Source of the DNA: an uncultured Bacillales bacterium
GTDB lineage: Bacteria > Bacillota_I > Bacilli_A > RFN20 > CAG-826
Assembly (NCBI GenBank): GCA_946403545.1
Contig: CAMJAG010000002.1
Coordinates: 4,600 to 68,599 of the forward strand
Length of the DNA: 64,000 nucleotides
Direction: 5' to 3'
Part shown: positions 52,774-61,876 of the stretch, in pieces
Layout: each line of letters begins with the position of its first letter
Numbering within the stretch: the first letter of the stretch is position 1
Notes under the pieces: model-generated
What the model saw: the letters and a program-made list of their open reading frames with translations, nothing else
Database searches by the model: none
Told to the model about the DNA's origin: nothing
Translations under genes and position numbers: made by a program

Positions 52774-53148
52774 TTATTTAACTTCGACTTCAGCGCCAGC
52801 AGCTTCAAGAGCTTTCTTGTGTTCTTCAGCTTCGACTTGTGAAATGTGTTCTTTAACAGCGACAGGAGCGCCATCGACTAATTTCTTAGCTTCCATTAAG
52901 CCTAAACCTGTGATAGCTTGAACAGCTTTGATAACACCAACTTTGGATGCACCACAGCTCTTTAAGATTAAAGAAACTTCAACTGGACCAGCAGCGACTT
53001 CTTCTTCAGCTGGTGCTGCAGCAGCAGCGACAGGAGCAGCAGCAGTGACACCGAATTCAGCTTCGACTGCTTTTACTAAATCATTTAATTCCATTACTGT
53101 CATTTCTTTTAATGCAGCAATGATTTCTTCGTTTGTTAATTTTGCCAT
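52774..53148 (-). CDS. rplL: 50S ribosomal protein L7/L12
   Basis: 124 aa with an Ala-rich hinge and C-terminal [14 protein letters not shown]. Confidence 0.97.
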   Translation of the reverse strand: MAKLTNEEIIAALKEMTVMELNDLVKAVEAEFGVTAAAPVAAAAAPAEEEVAAGPVEVSLILKSCGASKVGVIKAVQAITGLGLMEAKKLVDGAPVAVKEHISQVEAEEHKKALEAAGAEVEVK

Positions 53149-53172
53149 TTTAAATATCCTCCTAAATTGGCG

Positions 53173-53661
53173 TTATTTTGCGTCCGCAACAGCTTGAACT
53201 GCGCAAGCAAAGGAGCGGACTGGTGCTTGTAAGCACGATAAGAACATGGAAATAAGACCATCTTTGCCTGGAAGTTTGGAAACTTCGACAACTTTAGCAG
53301 CGTCAACAGGTTTACCTTCGACGATACCGCCTTTGATGACTAAGACGTCTTTGAATCTTTTTGCATATTTTGCAATAACTTTAGCACCAGCACTAACATC
53401 TTCAGAGAAGATAATAGCGTTAGGACCAGTTAATTGATCTTTAACATCAGCTAAGCCTAATTCGTCCATAGCACGTTCGACAAGAGAATTCTTGTAAACG
53501 CATAATTCAGAACCATCTTTAGCTAAAGCTCTACGGATTTCTTGTAATTGTGCAACAGTTAATCCACGGTATTCAGCGATAACCAATGTTTGGCTAGCTT
53601 TGTACTTTTCAACGATCTCTTTAACAACGTTTTGCTTTGCTTCTAAGACTTGTTGATTCAT
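53173..53661 (-). CDS. rplJ: 50S ribosomal protein L10
   Basis: 162 aa. Conserved position and pattern (EYRGLTVAQLQEIRRAL). Confidence 0.95.
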   Translation of the reverse strand: MNQQVLEAKQNVVKEIVEKYKASQTLVIAEYRGLTVAQLQEIRRALAKDGSELCVYKNSLVERAMDELGLADVKDQLTGPNAIIFSEDVSAGAKVIAKYAKRFKDVLVIKGGIVEGKPVDAAKVVEVSKLPGKDGLISMFLSCLQAPVRSFACAVQAVADAK

Positions 53662-53795
53662 ATTCTTGACCTCCTTTTTTCAAAAATTGTTTTGGAAGGC
53701 TCCAATATACAGTGGGTATATAATAATACGCCTCGGTAACATTATTAAGGCTACTTCGCCCGTTACTGTCTTTGGTATATTGTGTCTCGAATTAA
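53662..53795 (-). ncRNA. putative L10 (rplJ) ribosomal-protein leader
   Basis: 134 nt spacer between rplA and rplJ that is clearly more GC-rich than other spacers. The minus strand reads CCAAAGACAGUAACGGGCGAAGUAGCCUUAAUAAUGUUACCGAGGCG, with complementary GUAAC / GUUAC arms. Firmicutes commonly carry an L10(L12)4-binding leader here. Confidence 0.5.
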
Positions 53796-54479
53796 TTAAC
53801 GACCATCAAATGTGAATGGAATTGCTGGACCCATGGTCGTATGGATGACAGCGTTCTTGACATAGACGCCTTTGACAGCAGCTGGTTTTGCTTTAACAAT
53901 AGCAGCTGTTAATGCTTTTAAGTTTTCAGCGATCTTGTCTGCATCGAAGCTTACCTTAGCGACAGAAACGTGCATGTTTGCTTCTTTGTCGACACGGTAT
54001 TCGACTTTACCTGCTTTGATTTCCTTAATTGCTTTAGCAATATCAGGATTGACTGTACCTGTTTTTGGGTTTGGCATTAATCCTTTTGGACCAAGGATAC
54101 GTGCAACTTTACCAATCATACCCATCATGTTAGGTGTAGCTACGATAACATCGAAATCAAACCAGTTTTCGTGTTGGATTTTATCAATCATTTCAGCACC
54201 GCCAGCGAAATCCGCACCAGCGTTCTTAGCGTCTTCAACTTTATCAGTGATTGCTAAGACTTTTTTAGTCTTACCATTACCATTTGGGAGAATTAATGTA
54301 CCTCTGACTTGTTGATCAGCTTGTTTTGGGTCGACATTGAGTTTGAATGAAGCATCAACAGTTGCGTCAAATTTGACTGTAGATGTTTCTTTGACTAAAG
54401 CACAAGCTTCGTCGATTGAGTAAACTTTACCAGCTTCTACTTTTTCAGCAGCTGCTTTGTATTTCTTACCTCTGAACAT
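53796..54479 (-). CDS. rplA: 50S ribosomal protein L1
   Basis: 227 aa. Family pattern (DPKQADQQVRGTLILPNGNGKT, GPKGLMPNPKTGTV). Confidence 0.97.
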   Translation of the reverse strand: MFRGKKYKAAAEKVEAGKVYSIDEACALVKETSTVKFDATVDASFKLNVDPKQADQQVRGTLILPNGNGKTKKVLAITDKVEDAKNAGADFAGGAEMIDKIQHENWFDFDVIVATPNMMGMIGKVARILGPKGLMPNPKTGTVNPDIAKAIKEIKAGKVEYRVDKEANMHVSVAKVSFDADKIAENLKALTAAIVKAKPAAVKGVYVKNAVIHTTMGPAIPFTFDGR

Positions 54480-54490
54480 AGCTCTTCTCC

Positions 54491-54901
54491 TTAGTCATCT
54501 ACGACAACGCCCATATTGTTAGCGCTGCCTTCTACGACTCTCATAGCTGCCTCAATGTCATTGCAGTTTAAGTCAGGCATTTTGTACTCAGCAATTTGTC
54601 TGAGTTGTGCTCTAGAGATGTGTCCGACGACACCTTTTCTACCAGTAGCGTTGCCTTTTTGAATACCAGCTGCTTTTAAGATTAAACCTGCAACTGGAGA
54701 GGTTTTGATGACAAAATCACAAGATTTGTCTTCATAAGCTGTGATAATGACTGGAACGATTTCACCACGTCTATCAGCTGTCTTAGCATTGAAGTCCGTA
54801 CAGAACTTAGCCATGTTAACACCAGCAGAAGCGAGCTTTGGTCCTGGTTTTGCTTCACCGCCAGGAAGTTCCATCTTCACGACTTTTGCGATTTTTTTCA
54901 C
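54491..54901 (-). CDS. rplK: 50S ribosomal protein L11 (GTG start)
   Basis: 136 aa with L11 pattern (PGGEAKPGPKLASAGVNMAKFCTDFNAKT). The start codon at 54899-54901 is GTG, with AGGAGG 8 nt upstream. Confidence 0.95.
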   Translation of the reverse strand: MKKIAKVVKMELPGGEAKPGPKLASAGVNMAKFCTDFNAKTADRRGEIVPVIITAYEDKSCDFVIKTSPVAGLILKAAGIQKGNATGRKGVVGHISRAQLRQIAEYKMPDLNCNDIEAAMRVVEGSANNMGVVVDD

Positions 54902-55051
54902 GTGACTTTCCTCCTTTAGTTTAGATTTGTCCGTGCCGTGGTCTGAGCAACCGTTACTCTACCACAGGACATACACGCGTATATTACGCTCTCCCAAGCG
55001 CAAAAGGCGACATGCTTACATATAATATCAAATACGTGTGTATAAATGCAA
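54902..55051 (-). promoter_or_regulatory. candidate rplK-rplA promoter plus a structured GC-rich leader
   Basis: Minus strand reads TTGCAT (55046-55051), 18 nt spacer, TG-A-TATTAT (-10 at 55022-55027). The leader contains an extended imperfect hairpin GUCCUGUGGUAGAG...CUCAGACCACGGCACGGAC (~54930-54971), a possible L1 autoregulatory site. Confidence 0.4.
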
Positions 55052-55180
55052 GCACATTTTAAAATTAATAAAAAATGTTCCCACATTCTTATGCATATGC
55101 TATAATTCAAATTGTAAACAATTTGCTAAATATTTGTTTTTCTTTGCAAATTAAGTGTATAATATCGAGAGCAAGAAACT

Positions 55181-56599
55181 ATGGGCACAAAAAACAAGAA
55201 AGGGATAAATCCTTACGTACTCGTTATTCTATCGTTCCTAGTTGTAATCTTAATTGGTTCAATCCTTTTGATTATGCCTTGGACACAGAAAAGTGGGCAA
55301 TGGGCTTCATATATTGACGCTTTAGTAGCATCATTTTCTGCTACTTGTGTGACTGGTATTACTGCTTATCGAAACGGTGTTGCAGATACCCTTACTTTTG
55401 GTGGTCAAATCGTATTACTTGTGATGATCCAAATTGGTGGTCTCGGATTTATTACGATTTTAACCTTCATTATTACTATATTCAAACAAAGACTTGAGTT
55501 TAGAGATAGATACTTCATTTCTCAAATGGTCAACTCCACTAATTTTGCGGATGTTGTCATGTTCGTGAGAAAAATCATTTTAATCTCATTTATCTGTGAA
55601 TTAGTGGGTACTTTGCTGTATTTCCCTGCTTTTTATCAGGTATTTATGGGTCATGGTGGTAATGTTGGAGATGTTTTATGGTATTCAATTTTCCACTCAA
55701 TTTCATCATTTAATAATGCTGGATTCGATCTCATGCATGGTACATTATCATATATTAGAGAAGGTAATGAACTTTTATCCCACTTATCAAATGGAATGTA
55801 CATCTATTTCTGCTCAGTTGCAATGGGCTTAATCATCCTTGGTGGCATCTCATTCTTAGTCATTATCGATATCTTCAATTTCAAGAAGAAGCCAAGCCAA
55901 TGGAGATCATTTACAAAAGCAGTTTTAATTACTACTGCAATCTTATTAGTTTCAGGCGCACTGCTCATCTTCTTAACAGATGGATTTAAAGGCGCGAATA
56001 GAATTACTCCATTCCAAGCTATATTCCAATCTGTTACTTGTAGAACTGCTGGATTCTCAACATATTCACAAGACAATTTATCTATTGCAGGTAAAGCTAT
56101 TTCTTGTTTCTTAATGATGATTGGTGGTTCACCACTTTCTACAGCTGGTGGTATTAAGACTACAACTTTATTCATGATTACTTTAGCAAGCTTATCGTAT
56201 TTCAGAGGAAATAAAGTTAGCGCATTTAAGCGTTCTTTCTCCACTACTATGATTGTTAAAGCGTTAGTCTTATTAATCCTTGCAATCGGTGTTCTTTTGA
56301 TTTCTTACTTAGTAATTGTTACAATTGGACTTGACCCACAATACAAGATGGAAGACACTGGTGTGGTCTCATCATTTAATGAAGCAGTGATATTTGATGT
56401 ATTCTCTTGCTTTGGTACTGTTGGTCTATCAATTGGTATTGAATCGTATTTACCAGTTGCAACAAAAATTATATTCTGTTTATTAATGTTCCTAGGTAGA
56501 TTAGGACCTATTACATTCTTCCAAATTTTCCAAAACAGTATGGATAAGGAAGACTTAAAACATTACAAATTAGTCGAAGAAGATATTCTTATCGGATAA
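55181..56599 (+). CDS. ktrB: Trk/Ktr-type potassium transporter membrane subunit
   Basis: 472 aa, multi-TM, with repeated pore-loop motifs (IQIGGLGF, MMIGGSPLSTAGGIKT). A perfect TATAAT lies at 55158-55163 upstream. Confidence 0.88.
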   Translation: MGTKNKKGINPYVLVILSFLVVILIGSILLIMPWTQKSGQWASYIDALVASFSATCVTGITAYRNGVADTLTFGGQIVLLVMIQIGGLGFITILTFIITIFKQRLEFRDRYFISQMVNSTNFADVVMFVRKIILISFICELVGTLLYFPAFYQVFMGHGGNVGDVLWYSIFHSISSFNNAGFDLMHGTLSYIREGNELLSHLSNGMYIYFCSVAMGLIILGGISFLVIIDIFNFKKKPSQWRSFTKAVLITTAILLVSGALLIFLTDGFKGANRITPFQAIFQSVTCRTAGFSTYSQDNLSIAGKAISCFLMMIGGSPLSTAGGIKTTTLFMITLASLSYFRGNKVSAFKRSFSTTMIVKALVLLILAIGVLLISYLVIVTIGLDPQYKMEDTGVVSSFNEAVIFDVFSCFGTVGLSIGIESYLPVATKIIFCLLMFLGRLGPITFFQIFQNSMDKEDLKHYKLVEEDILIG

Positions 56600-56612
56600 G
56601 GAGAAGATATTT

Positions 56613-57314
56613 ATGACAAAAAAATCATTCGCAGTTATCGGTTTAGGACAATTCGGTACCGCTATCGTTGAAGAGCTTGTCAAAAATGGTATGGACGTTG
56701 TTGCTATTGACTCTAGTGAAGAAGCAGTTAGCAAAATTGCTCCAATCTTACCAACAGCATTCATCGCTGACTGTACAAATGAAGTTGCTTTAAAAGAATT
56801 AGGCATCAAAGATGTTGATGTTGCTATCGTCGCTTTCGGTGATAACAAGGAAGCAAGTGTTTTAACAACTGTTTTGCTTAGAGAATTGGGCGTTAAAACT
56901 ATTATCGTTCGTGTTGATGATCCATTCTATGTCCAAATTATGAAGAAACTTGGTGCTAACGAAGTTATTACTCCTCAAAAAGCAGCAGGTATTGCTTTAG
57001 CAAACAGAATTGGTAATGATGACGTTAAAGACTTCTACAGACTAGATAAAAACTATTCTATCGTCTCTTTCGCAATCAATAGCGCTTTCATTCCTACAAA
57101 GCTTAAGGATTTCCAATCCAAAGCTAATTATGGTGTTAACATCGTTTTAGTTATTAGAAACGAACAATCATTCGTCCCTGGTGGTAATGATACATTACTC
57201 CCTAACGATACACTCTTCGTTGTTGGTACAACTAAAGACATTAATAACTTCCGTGAAGCAATTAATGGTGAAAAGAAAAAGTCCAAAGCAAAGAAGAAAG
57301 ACGTTTCAAAATAA
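56613..57314 (+). CDS. ktrA: Trk/Ktr potassium uptake regulatory subunit (RCK N and C domains)
   Basis: 233 aa. Rossmann motif VIGLGQFGTAIVEEL and an RCK_C-like C-terminus. RBS AAGGAGAAG lies upstream. Confidence 0.88.
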   Translation: MTKKSFAVIGLGQFGTAIVEELVKNGMDVVAIDSSEEAVSKIAPILPTAFIADCTNEVALKELGIKDVDVAIVAFGDNKEASVLTTVLLRELGVKTIIVRVDDPFYVQIMKKLGANEVITPQKAAGIALANRIGNDDVKDFYRLDKNYSIVSFAINSAFIPTKLKDFQSKANYGVNIVLVIRNEQSFVPGGNDTLLPNDTLFVVGTTKDINNFREAINGEKKKSKAKKKDVSK

Positions 57315-57340
57315 TCGTTAAAACTCAATTAAGTTAAACA

Positions 57341-57366
57341 AAAAAGCCACCAAATCGGTGGCTTTT
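57341..57366. terminator. bidirectional terminator between ktrA and nusG
   Basis: AAAAAGCCACC-AAATC-GGTGGCTTTTT, with A and T runs on both sides. Confidence 0.8.
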
Positions 57367-57383
57367 TCAGTTCTAATTTTTGA

Positions 57384-57980
57384 TTAGATTCTTTCGATTT
57401 CAGAGAAGTCAACTTCAACTTTAGTGCTTCTACCAAAGAAGACTGTTTCAACTTCAACAATACCTGTTTCTTTGTTGATAGAAACGATATTACCTTCTGT
57501 TCCTTCAAGTGGACCGTGAATAACTTTGACGAGATCGCCAATGTTGTAACGATCGTACATGCTTTCATCAATCATGCCCATTCTCTTCAAGACTGGTTCA
57601 ATTTGTTCTCTTGGAACAGGGAATGGTTTTGTACCTTTACCAGAAGATCCGACGAAACCTGTAACGCCTGGAGTGTTACGAACAATATACCAAGCATATT
57701 CAGTCATAATCATTTCTACGAAAACATAACCTGGATATAAGTTTTTCTTTCTTGTCTTACCTGTAGGTACACCATCTTTTAAAACTGGTACATCTTGTTC
57801 AGCGACAATAATACGGAAGATTAACTTACCTAAGTCATAAGTTTCAACACGTCTTGCTAAGTTATCAGCGACTTTTCTTTCATGTGTAGAATATGTGTTA
57901 ACAACGTACCAAGCTTTATCACCAGCAGGTTCTTCAGCTGTGTCGTTAGCAGGTGCTACAACTTTTTCTTCATCAACCAT
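57384..57980 (-). CDS. nusG: transcription termination/antitermination factor NusG
   Basis: 198 aa. NGN domain (WYVVNTYSTHERKV) and KOW motif (GDLVKVIHGPLEGTEGNI). Confidence 0.95.
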   Translation of the reverse strand: MVDEEKVVAPANDTAEEPAGDKAWYVVNTYSTHERKVADNLARRVETYDLGKLIFRIIVAEQDVPVLKDGVPTGKTRKKNLYPGYVFVEMIMTEYAWYIVRNTPGVTGFVGSSGKGTKPFPVPREQIEPVLKRMGMIDESMYDRYNIGDLVKVIHGPLEGTEGNIVSINKETGIVEVETVFFGRSTKVEVDFSEIERI

Positions 57981-57994
57981 GTTTCTCTTCCTCC

Positions 57995-58192
57995 TTATTT
58001 CACACTAGAAAATGCATCTTTTAAGATGTCAATTAACTTCTTACCAGCAGCATCTTCACCGAATAATAATAATCCAGTGATAGCAGCGATTAATACAACA
58101 ACAATAATTGCTGGAATTAATTCTTCTTTCTTAGGCCAGCGAATTCTTTTACCTTCTTTAACAACGCCAGCGGCAAATCTTCTTAGTCCCAT
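57995..58192 (-). CDS. secE: preprotein translocase subunit SecE
   Basis: 65 aa with a single TM helix, KEGKRIRWPKKEEL motif and conserved position before nusG. Confidence 0.85.
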   Translation of the reverse strand: MGLRRFAAGVVKEGKRIRWPKKEELIPAIIVVVLIAAITGLLLFGEDAAGKKLIDILKDAFSSVK

Positions 58193-58207
58193 ATTTTTAG
58201 CGACCTC

Positions 58208-58354
58208 CTATTTGCTAATTTTGTGGTTTGTCATCTTACCACAATGCTTACAAAACTTTTTGAGAGTCAAGGCTTTACCCTTGTCTTTGTTTATCGATGT
58301 GGTGTAGTTTCTGGAGAGGCACTCTTCGCAAATTAAAAGAACTTTTTCTCTCAT
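58208..58354 (-). CDS. rpmG: 50S ribosomal protein L33
   Basis: Absent from the ORF track because it is under 60 aa. My translation is MREKVLLICEECLSRNYTTSINKDKGKALTLKKFCKHCGKMTNHKISK (48 aa), with the CxxC...CxxC zinc ribbon and the canonical position before secE. Confidence 0.9.
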   Translation of the reverse strand: MREKVLLICEECLSRNYTTSINKDKGKALTLKKFCKHCGKMTNHKISK

Positions 58355-58425
58355 TTTCTAACCCCCGATATCTTAAGTTTCCTCATAAAGTCTATATCAA
58401 ACCAAATTTAATGTAAACAATAAAT

Positions 58426-58617
58426 TTATACAATTGGGTTATTCTTGCTAGTCAACGCAACAATTACGATAACACAAGCAATCATAAAAACTATCAATGT
58501 CGAGAGTACGATTACTCCAGCGACTGGGAAATGAACTTTTTCATCTTCTGCAGGTAATTGCTCACCTTCAGGTAGATCTTCTAAACGTGGTTTACTTGTT
58601 TCAATCATTTTATTCAC
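58426..58617 (-). CDS. small single-pass membrane protein
   Basis: 63 aa with an acidic N-terminus and one TM helix. Its start overlaps the end of the upstream FolT-like gene by 8 nt. Confidence 0.4.
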   Translation of the reverse strand: MNKMIETSKPRLEDLPEGEQLPAEDEKVHFPVAGVIVLSTLIVFMIACVIVIVALTSKNNPIV

Positions 58618-59380
58618 CTCTACTTATATTCTCATATGAGAAATACTTTTTACAAACATTAAATAATATCGATAACACAATTGTTGAAATTGTGACATTG
58701 AAAAACATCACTATTGCTTGGCATATAACAATTACTGGGTATAAATCCATTCCGAAAGCCAAACCTTTCATTAATGAACCGAATCCTACGAGCACAAATA
58801 CATCAAGCAAGAATGCACACAATGATATTTGATATGCGTTATATCCAAGTGGAATTGAGGCCTTTTTATCGTAGAAAATGATGAAAATCATCAATCCTAC
58901 AAATAACAAGCCAAGGATTATTGGAGCAACAATTTTAATCCACAAATCTAACACATTTCTTGTTACCAAAAACCATGTTCCGCCACCAAGCAGTGCTGTG
59001 AACAAAATTGCTTCAATGCAAATAATTGCGGTTTTGCTTTTAATTAATTTGACTAGTTGGAAAACAAAATATCCGCAGAAACCAAGCAAAGTATAAATTG
59101 CTGTGACTTGTGGGAAGAAAGCTTTACCGCTCATATCAAATACAAAGTATCCGAGTAAGTCACTTCCTGCTCCAACAGCAGCGCCAAAGAAAGGCCCAAG
59201 AAGCACACTTGAAAAGACAATGAGCGCTGGTCCACCAAAAGAAATTCTCATCCAAGGTGAGATTGATAAATAGTTAACAGCGAGGACCTTTTGAAGAATC
59301 GCTGCTAAGGCAATAAATAGACCTGTTAAACATATTTTGTGTAACAGTGTTAGGTTTGTTTTTAATTTGAAAAGTGTCAT
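58610..59380 (-). CDS. ECF-transporter S-component-like membrane protein (folate-family candidate)
   Basis: 256 aa, about 6-7 TM helices. The N-terminal region (ISFGGPALIVFSSVLLGPFFGAAVGAGSDLLGY) resembles S components of the folate/ECF type. It overlaps folC by 4 nt. It is longer than typical S components. Confidence 0.45.
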   Translation of the reverse strand: MTLFKLKTNLTLLHKICLTGLFIALAAILQKVLAVNYLSISPWMRISFGGPALIVFSSVLLGPFFGAAVGAGSDLLGYFVFDMSGKAFFPQVTAIYTLLGFCGYFVFQLVKLIKSKTAIICIEAILFTALLGGGTWFLVTRNVLDLWIKIVAPIILGLLFVGLMIFIIFYDKKASIPLGYNAYQISLCAFLLDVFVLVGFGSLMKGLAFGMDLYPVIVICQAIVMFFNVTISTIVLSILFNVCKKYFSYENISRGE

Positions 59381-60606
59381 TTAAGTTCACCTGATGTAAA
59401 TAGACCTTTAACATATGCTGCAAAAGCTAAAGAGCCAGTCACAACAATGAGGTCAGTAGGATAATTTTCTTCACAATATTTAATTGCGTCTTTAACATTA
59501 TCCATGAATTTATAATCTTCAGAGAAAAGGAAGTAATCTTCTAATCCTCTAGCTCTAGGATGATCAAAAGTTGTAAGAATCAATTCGTCCGCTAATTCAC
59601 CAATAACAGCGAGCATTCCTTGTAAGTTTTTATCAGTAAAACATGCAAAAATAACCCTTACATTTCTGCCATTTGTGATACTTTCAACGGCAGTTTTGAG
59701 ATTTCTCATGCCTTCTGGGTTATGTCCACCATCAATTAAGATAGTTGGGTTTTCTTTAACAAAGTCCATTCTGCAAGGCATATTAACATCAGCTAAACCA
59801 CTAGCGACAACCTCATTAGTAATTGGGAATCTTTCCTTGAGAACATCCACCGCTTCAACTGCTATACAAGCATCAACAACACTATAGTAAGCGAGCGATT
59901 TGATATGTAGTCCTTTATAGGTTAAATATGAGAAATCGTATCCGTTAGGTGTTAAAGCTAGATTTCCTGGGTCAACGACTTGATGAATCTTAGAATTATT
60001 TTCAATAGAAACTTGGCTTATAACCTTAGTTGCATCTTCAGGAATTCTTCCAATAACAACTGGTACTTCTTCCTTAATAATTCCAGCTTTATGATAAGCG
60101 ATTTCAGAAACGCTTCTTCCTAGATAAGAAGTGTGTTCCATAGAGACACTTGTAATAATGGATAAGATTGGATCAAAAATGTTAGTAGCATCGAGTTCGC
60201 CACCCATACCGCATTCGATTACAGCAACATCACATTTTTGATCTTTGAAGTAATTGAAAGCAACATAAGTTTGAAGTTCGAAAGCGCTTAAATCATACTT
60301 TTTAACAAGTTTTTCTACATCTTTGATGTATTTATAAGCATCTTCATCAGAAATTGGTTCACCATTAATGGTAATCATTTCATTCCATTTAAATAAGAAT
60401 GGAGAGGTATATAAACCAACCTTTAATCCTAATTTTCTATAAATAGAAGCAATGTAATTAGATGTGCTTCCTTTACCATTAGTACCAGCAACATGAATAG
60501 CAGGCACATCAAAAGAGAATTTCTCATGTTTTAAGAAACTTTTAAAGTTATCGATTTGATAATCGCCTCTTCTAAGTTCATCAAAATATTTATTAAAGTC
60601 CATCAT
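59377..60606 (-). CDS. folC: folylpolyglutamate synthase / dihydrofolate synthase
   Basis: 409 aa. Mur-ligase P-loop HVAGTNGKGST and overall FolC pattern. Confidence 0.88.
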   Translation of the reverse strand: MMDFNKYFDELRRGDYQIDNFKSFLKHEKFSFDVPAIHVAGTNGKGSTSNYIASIYRKLGLKVGLYTSPFLFKWNEMITINGEPISDEDAYKYIKDVEKLVKKYDLSAFELQTYVAFNYFKDQKCDVAVIECGMGGELDATNIFDPILSIITSVSMEHTSYLGRSVSEIAYHKAGIIKEEVPVVIGRIPEDATKVISQVSIENNSKIHQVVDPGNLALTPNGYDFSYLTYKGLHIKSLAYYSVVDACIAVEAVDVLKERFPITNEVVASGLADVNMPCRMDFVKENPTILIDGGHNPEGMRNLKTAVESITNGRNVRVIFACFTDKNLQGMLAVIGELADELILTTFDHPRARGLEDYFLFSEDYKFMDNVKDAIKYCEENYPTDLIVVTGSLAFAAYVKGLFTSGELK

Positions 60607-60608
60607 AA

Positions 60609-61061
60609 TTAATAATTCTTTTTCTCTCTTTCGATATCTCTATTCTTAATAGTTTCACGTTTGTCGTATAATTTCTTACCTTTTGCTAAAGCAATTTCTA
60701 ATTTTGCTCTACCTTTTTTAAAGTAAATTTTAGTAGGGACAATTGTGAATCCACCACGTTTAACTTTATCTAAGTACCAACGTATCTCTTTCTTGTGAAG
60801 TAAGAGCTTTCTATTTCTCAGTGGGTCATGGTTAAAGATGTTTCCTTGATCATAAGGATTAATATGCATGTTAATTACTTCCATTTCTTCTCCTCTACAG
60901 ACTACATAAGAGTCCACTAAGGAAGCACCATGGACACGTAAAGATTTAATTTCCGTGCCTAAAAGAGCGATTCCACATTCAAGGAAGTCGCTTAGAAAGT
61001 AATTAAACGAGGCTTTTTTATTAACCGCTATGATCTTAATTCCTACTGTTTCTTTTGCCAT
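60609..61061 (-). CDS. smpB: SsrA-binding protein
   Basis: 150 aa with typical SmpB blocks GTEIKSLR, LLLHKKEI and KGKKLYDKRE. Confidence 0.95.
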   Translation of the reverse strand: MAKETVGIKIIAVNKKASFNYFLSDFLECGIALLGTEIKSLRVHGASLVDSYVVCRGEEMEVINMHINPYDQGNIFNHDPLRNRKLLLHKKEIRWYLDKVKRGGFTIVPTKIYFKKGRAKLEIALAKGKKLYDKRETIKNRDIEREKKNY

Positions 61062-61150
61062 AGTGGATTAATTATATATTGATAGCATTTAAATGTCTAA
61101 TGCGTATTATACGCGTGGACATAATTTCGTAAAAAGAATACAATAAAGCC

Positions 61151-61876
61151 ATGGACAAATATGAAACATTAAAAGACATACTTAATCATGCAAGACAAAT
61201 CGTAGTGTTTACCGGAGCAGGTATCTCTGTTCCTAGTGGAATACCTGATTTTAGAAGTGCTGATGGTATTTACAATCAAATAACTAACTTAAAAGCTAGT
61301 CCTGAAGAAATTATCTCTCATTCTTTCTATGAGTCTCATCCTGAAGAATTCTTTGAATTCTACAAGGAGAAAATGTGCTATCCAAAGGCTGAACCAAATA
61401 TAGCACATAAGTATTTTGCTAATCTTGAAAAGAAAGGTAAAAATGTAATTGTTGTTACTCAAAATATCGATGGCTTACATCAAAAAGCTGGTAGCAATAT
61501 GGTTTATGAACTTCATGGCAATGTTCATAGAAACTATTGTGAAAACTGTGGTAGATATTTTGGCCTAGATTATGTTTTAAATTCCAAAGGAGTTCCTCAT
61601 TGTGATAAATGTGGAGCCACAGTAAAACCAGATGTAGTTTTATATGAAGAATCATTAAACGAAGATACAATTCAAAGAAGTATCTCTGCTATCATGACTT
61701 GCGATGTCTTAGTGGTTATAGGAACATCTCTTTCTGTTTACCCTGCTGCTGGATTTGTTCGTTACTTCAGAGGTGAGTATATTATTCTCATTAATAAACA
61801 ACCTACACCATACGATAATCAAGCAGACCTATTATTCAACGAAGACGTTGTAGAAGTGATTAAAAAGATACAATGA
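61151..61876 (+). CDS. cobB: NAD-dependent protein deacylase (sirtuin, Sir2 family)
   Basis: 241 aa with GAGISVPSGIPDFRS, QNIDGLH, catalytic HG, and zinc Cys pairs CENCG / CDKCG. Confidence 0.88.
   Translation: MDKYETLKDILNHARQIVVFTGAGISVPSGIPDFRSADGIYNQITNLKASPEEIISHSFYESHPEEFFEFYKEKMCYPKAEPNIAHKYFANLEKKGKNVIVVTQNIDGLHQKAGSNMVYELHGNVHRNYCENCGRYFGLDYVLNSKGVPHCDKCGATVKPDVVLYEESLNEDTIQRSISAIMTCDVLVVIGTSLSVYPAAGFVRYFRGEYIILINKQPTPYDNQADLLFNEDVVEVIKKIQ

Noticed and set aside
54990-55180. Possible c-di-AMP (ydaO/yuaA-type) riboswitch upstream of ktrB
   Set aside because: The ktrAB link in Bacillus made it worth a look. The region is very AT-rich and lacks the G-rich conserved segments and pseudo-symmetric helices of that riboswitch. 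Most of it is better explained as the divergent rplK promoter.
59377-59400. THF riboswitch controlling the FolT-like gene
   Set aside because: The gene overlaps folC by 4 nt, so there is no intergenic leader in which a riboswitch could reside.
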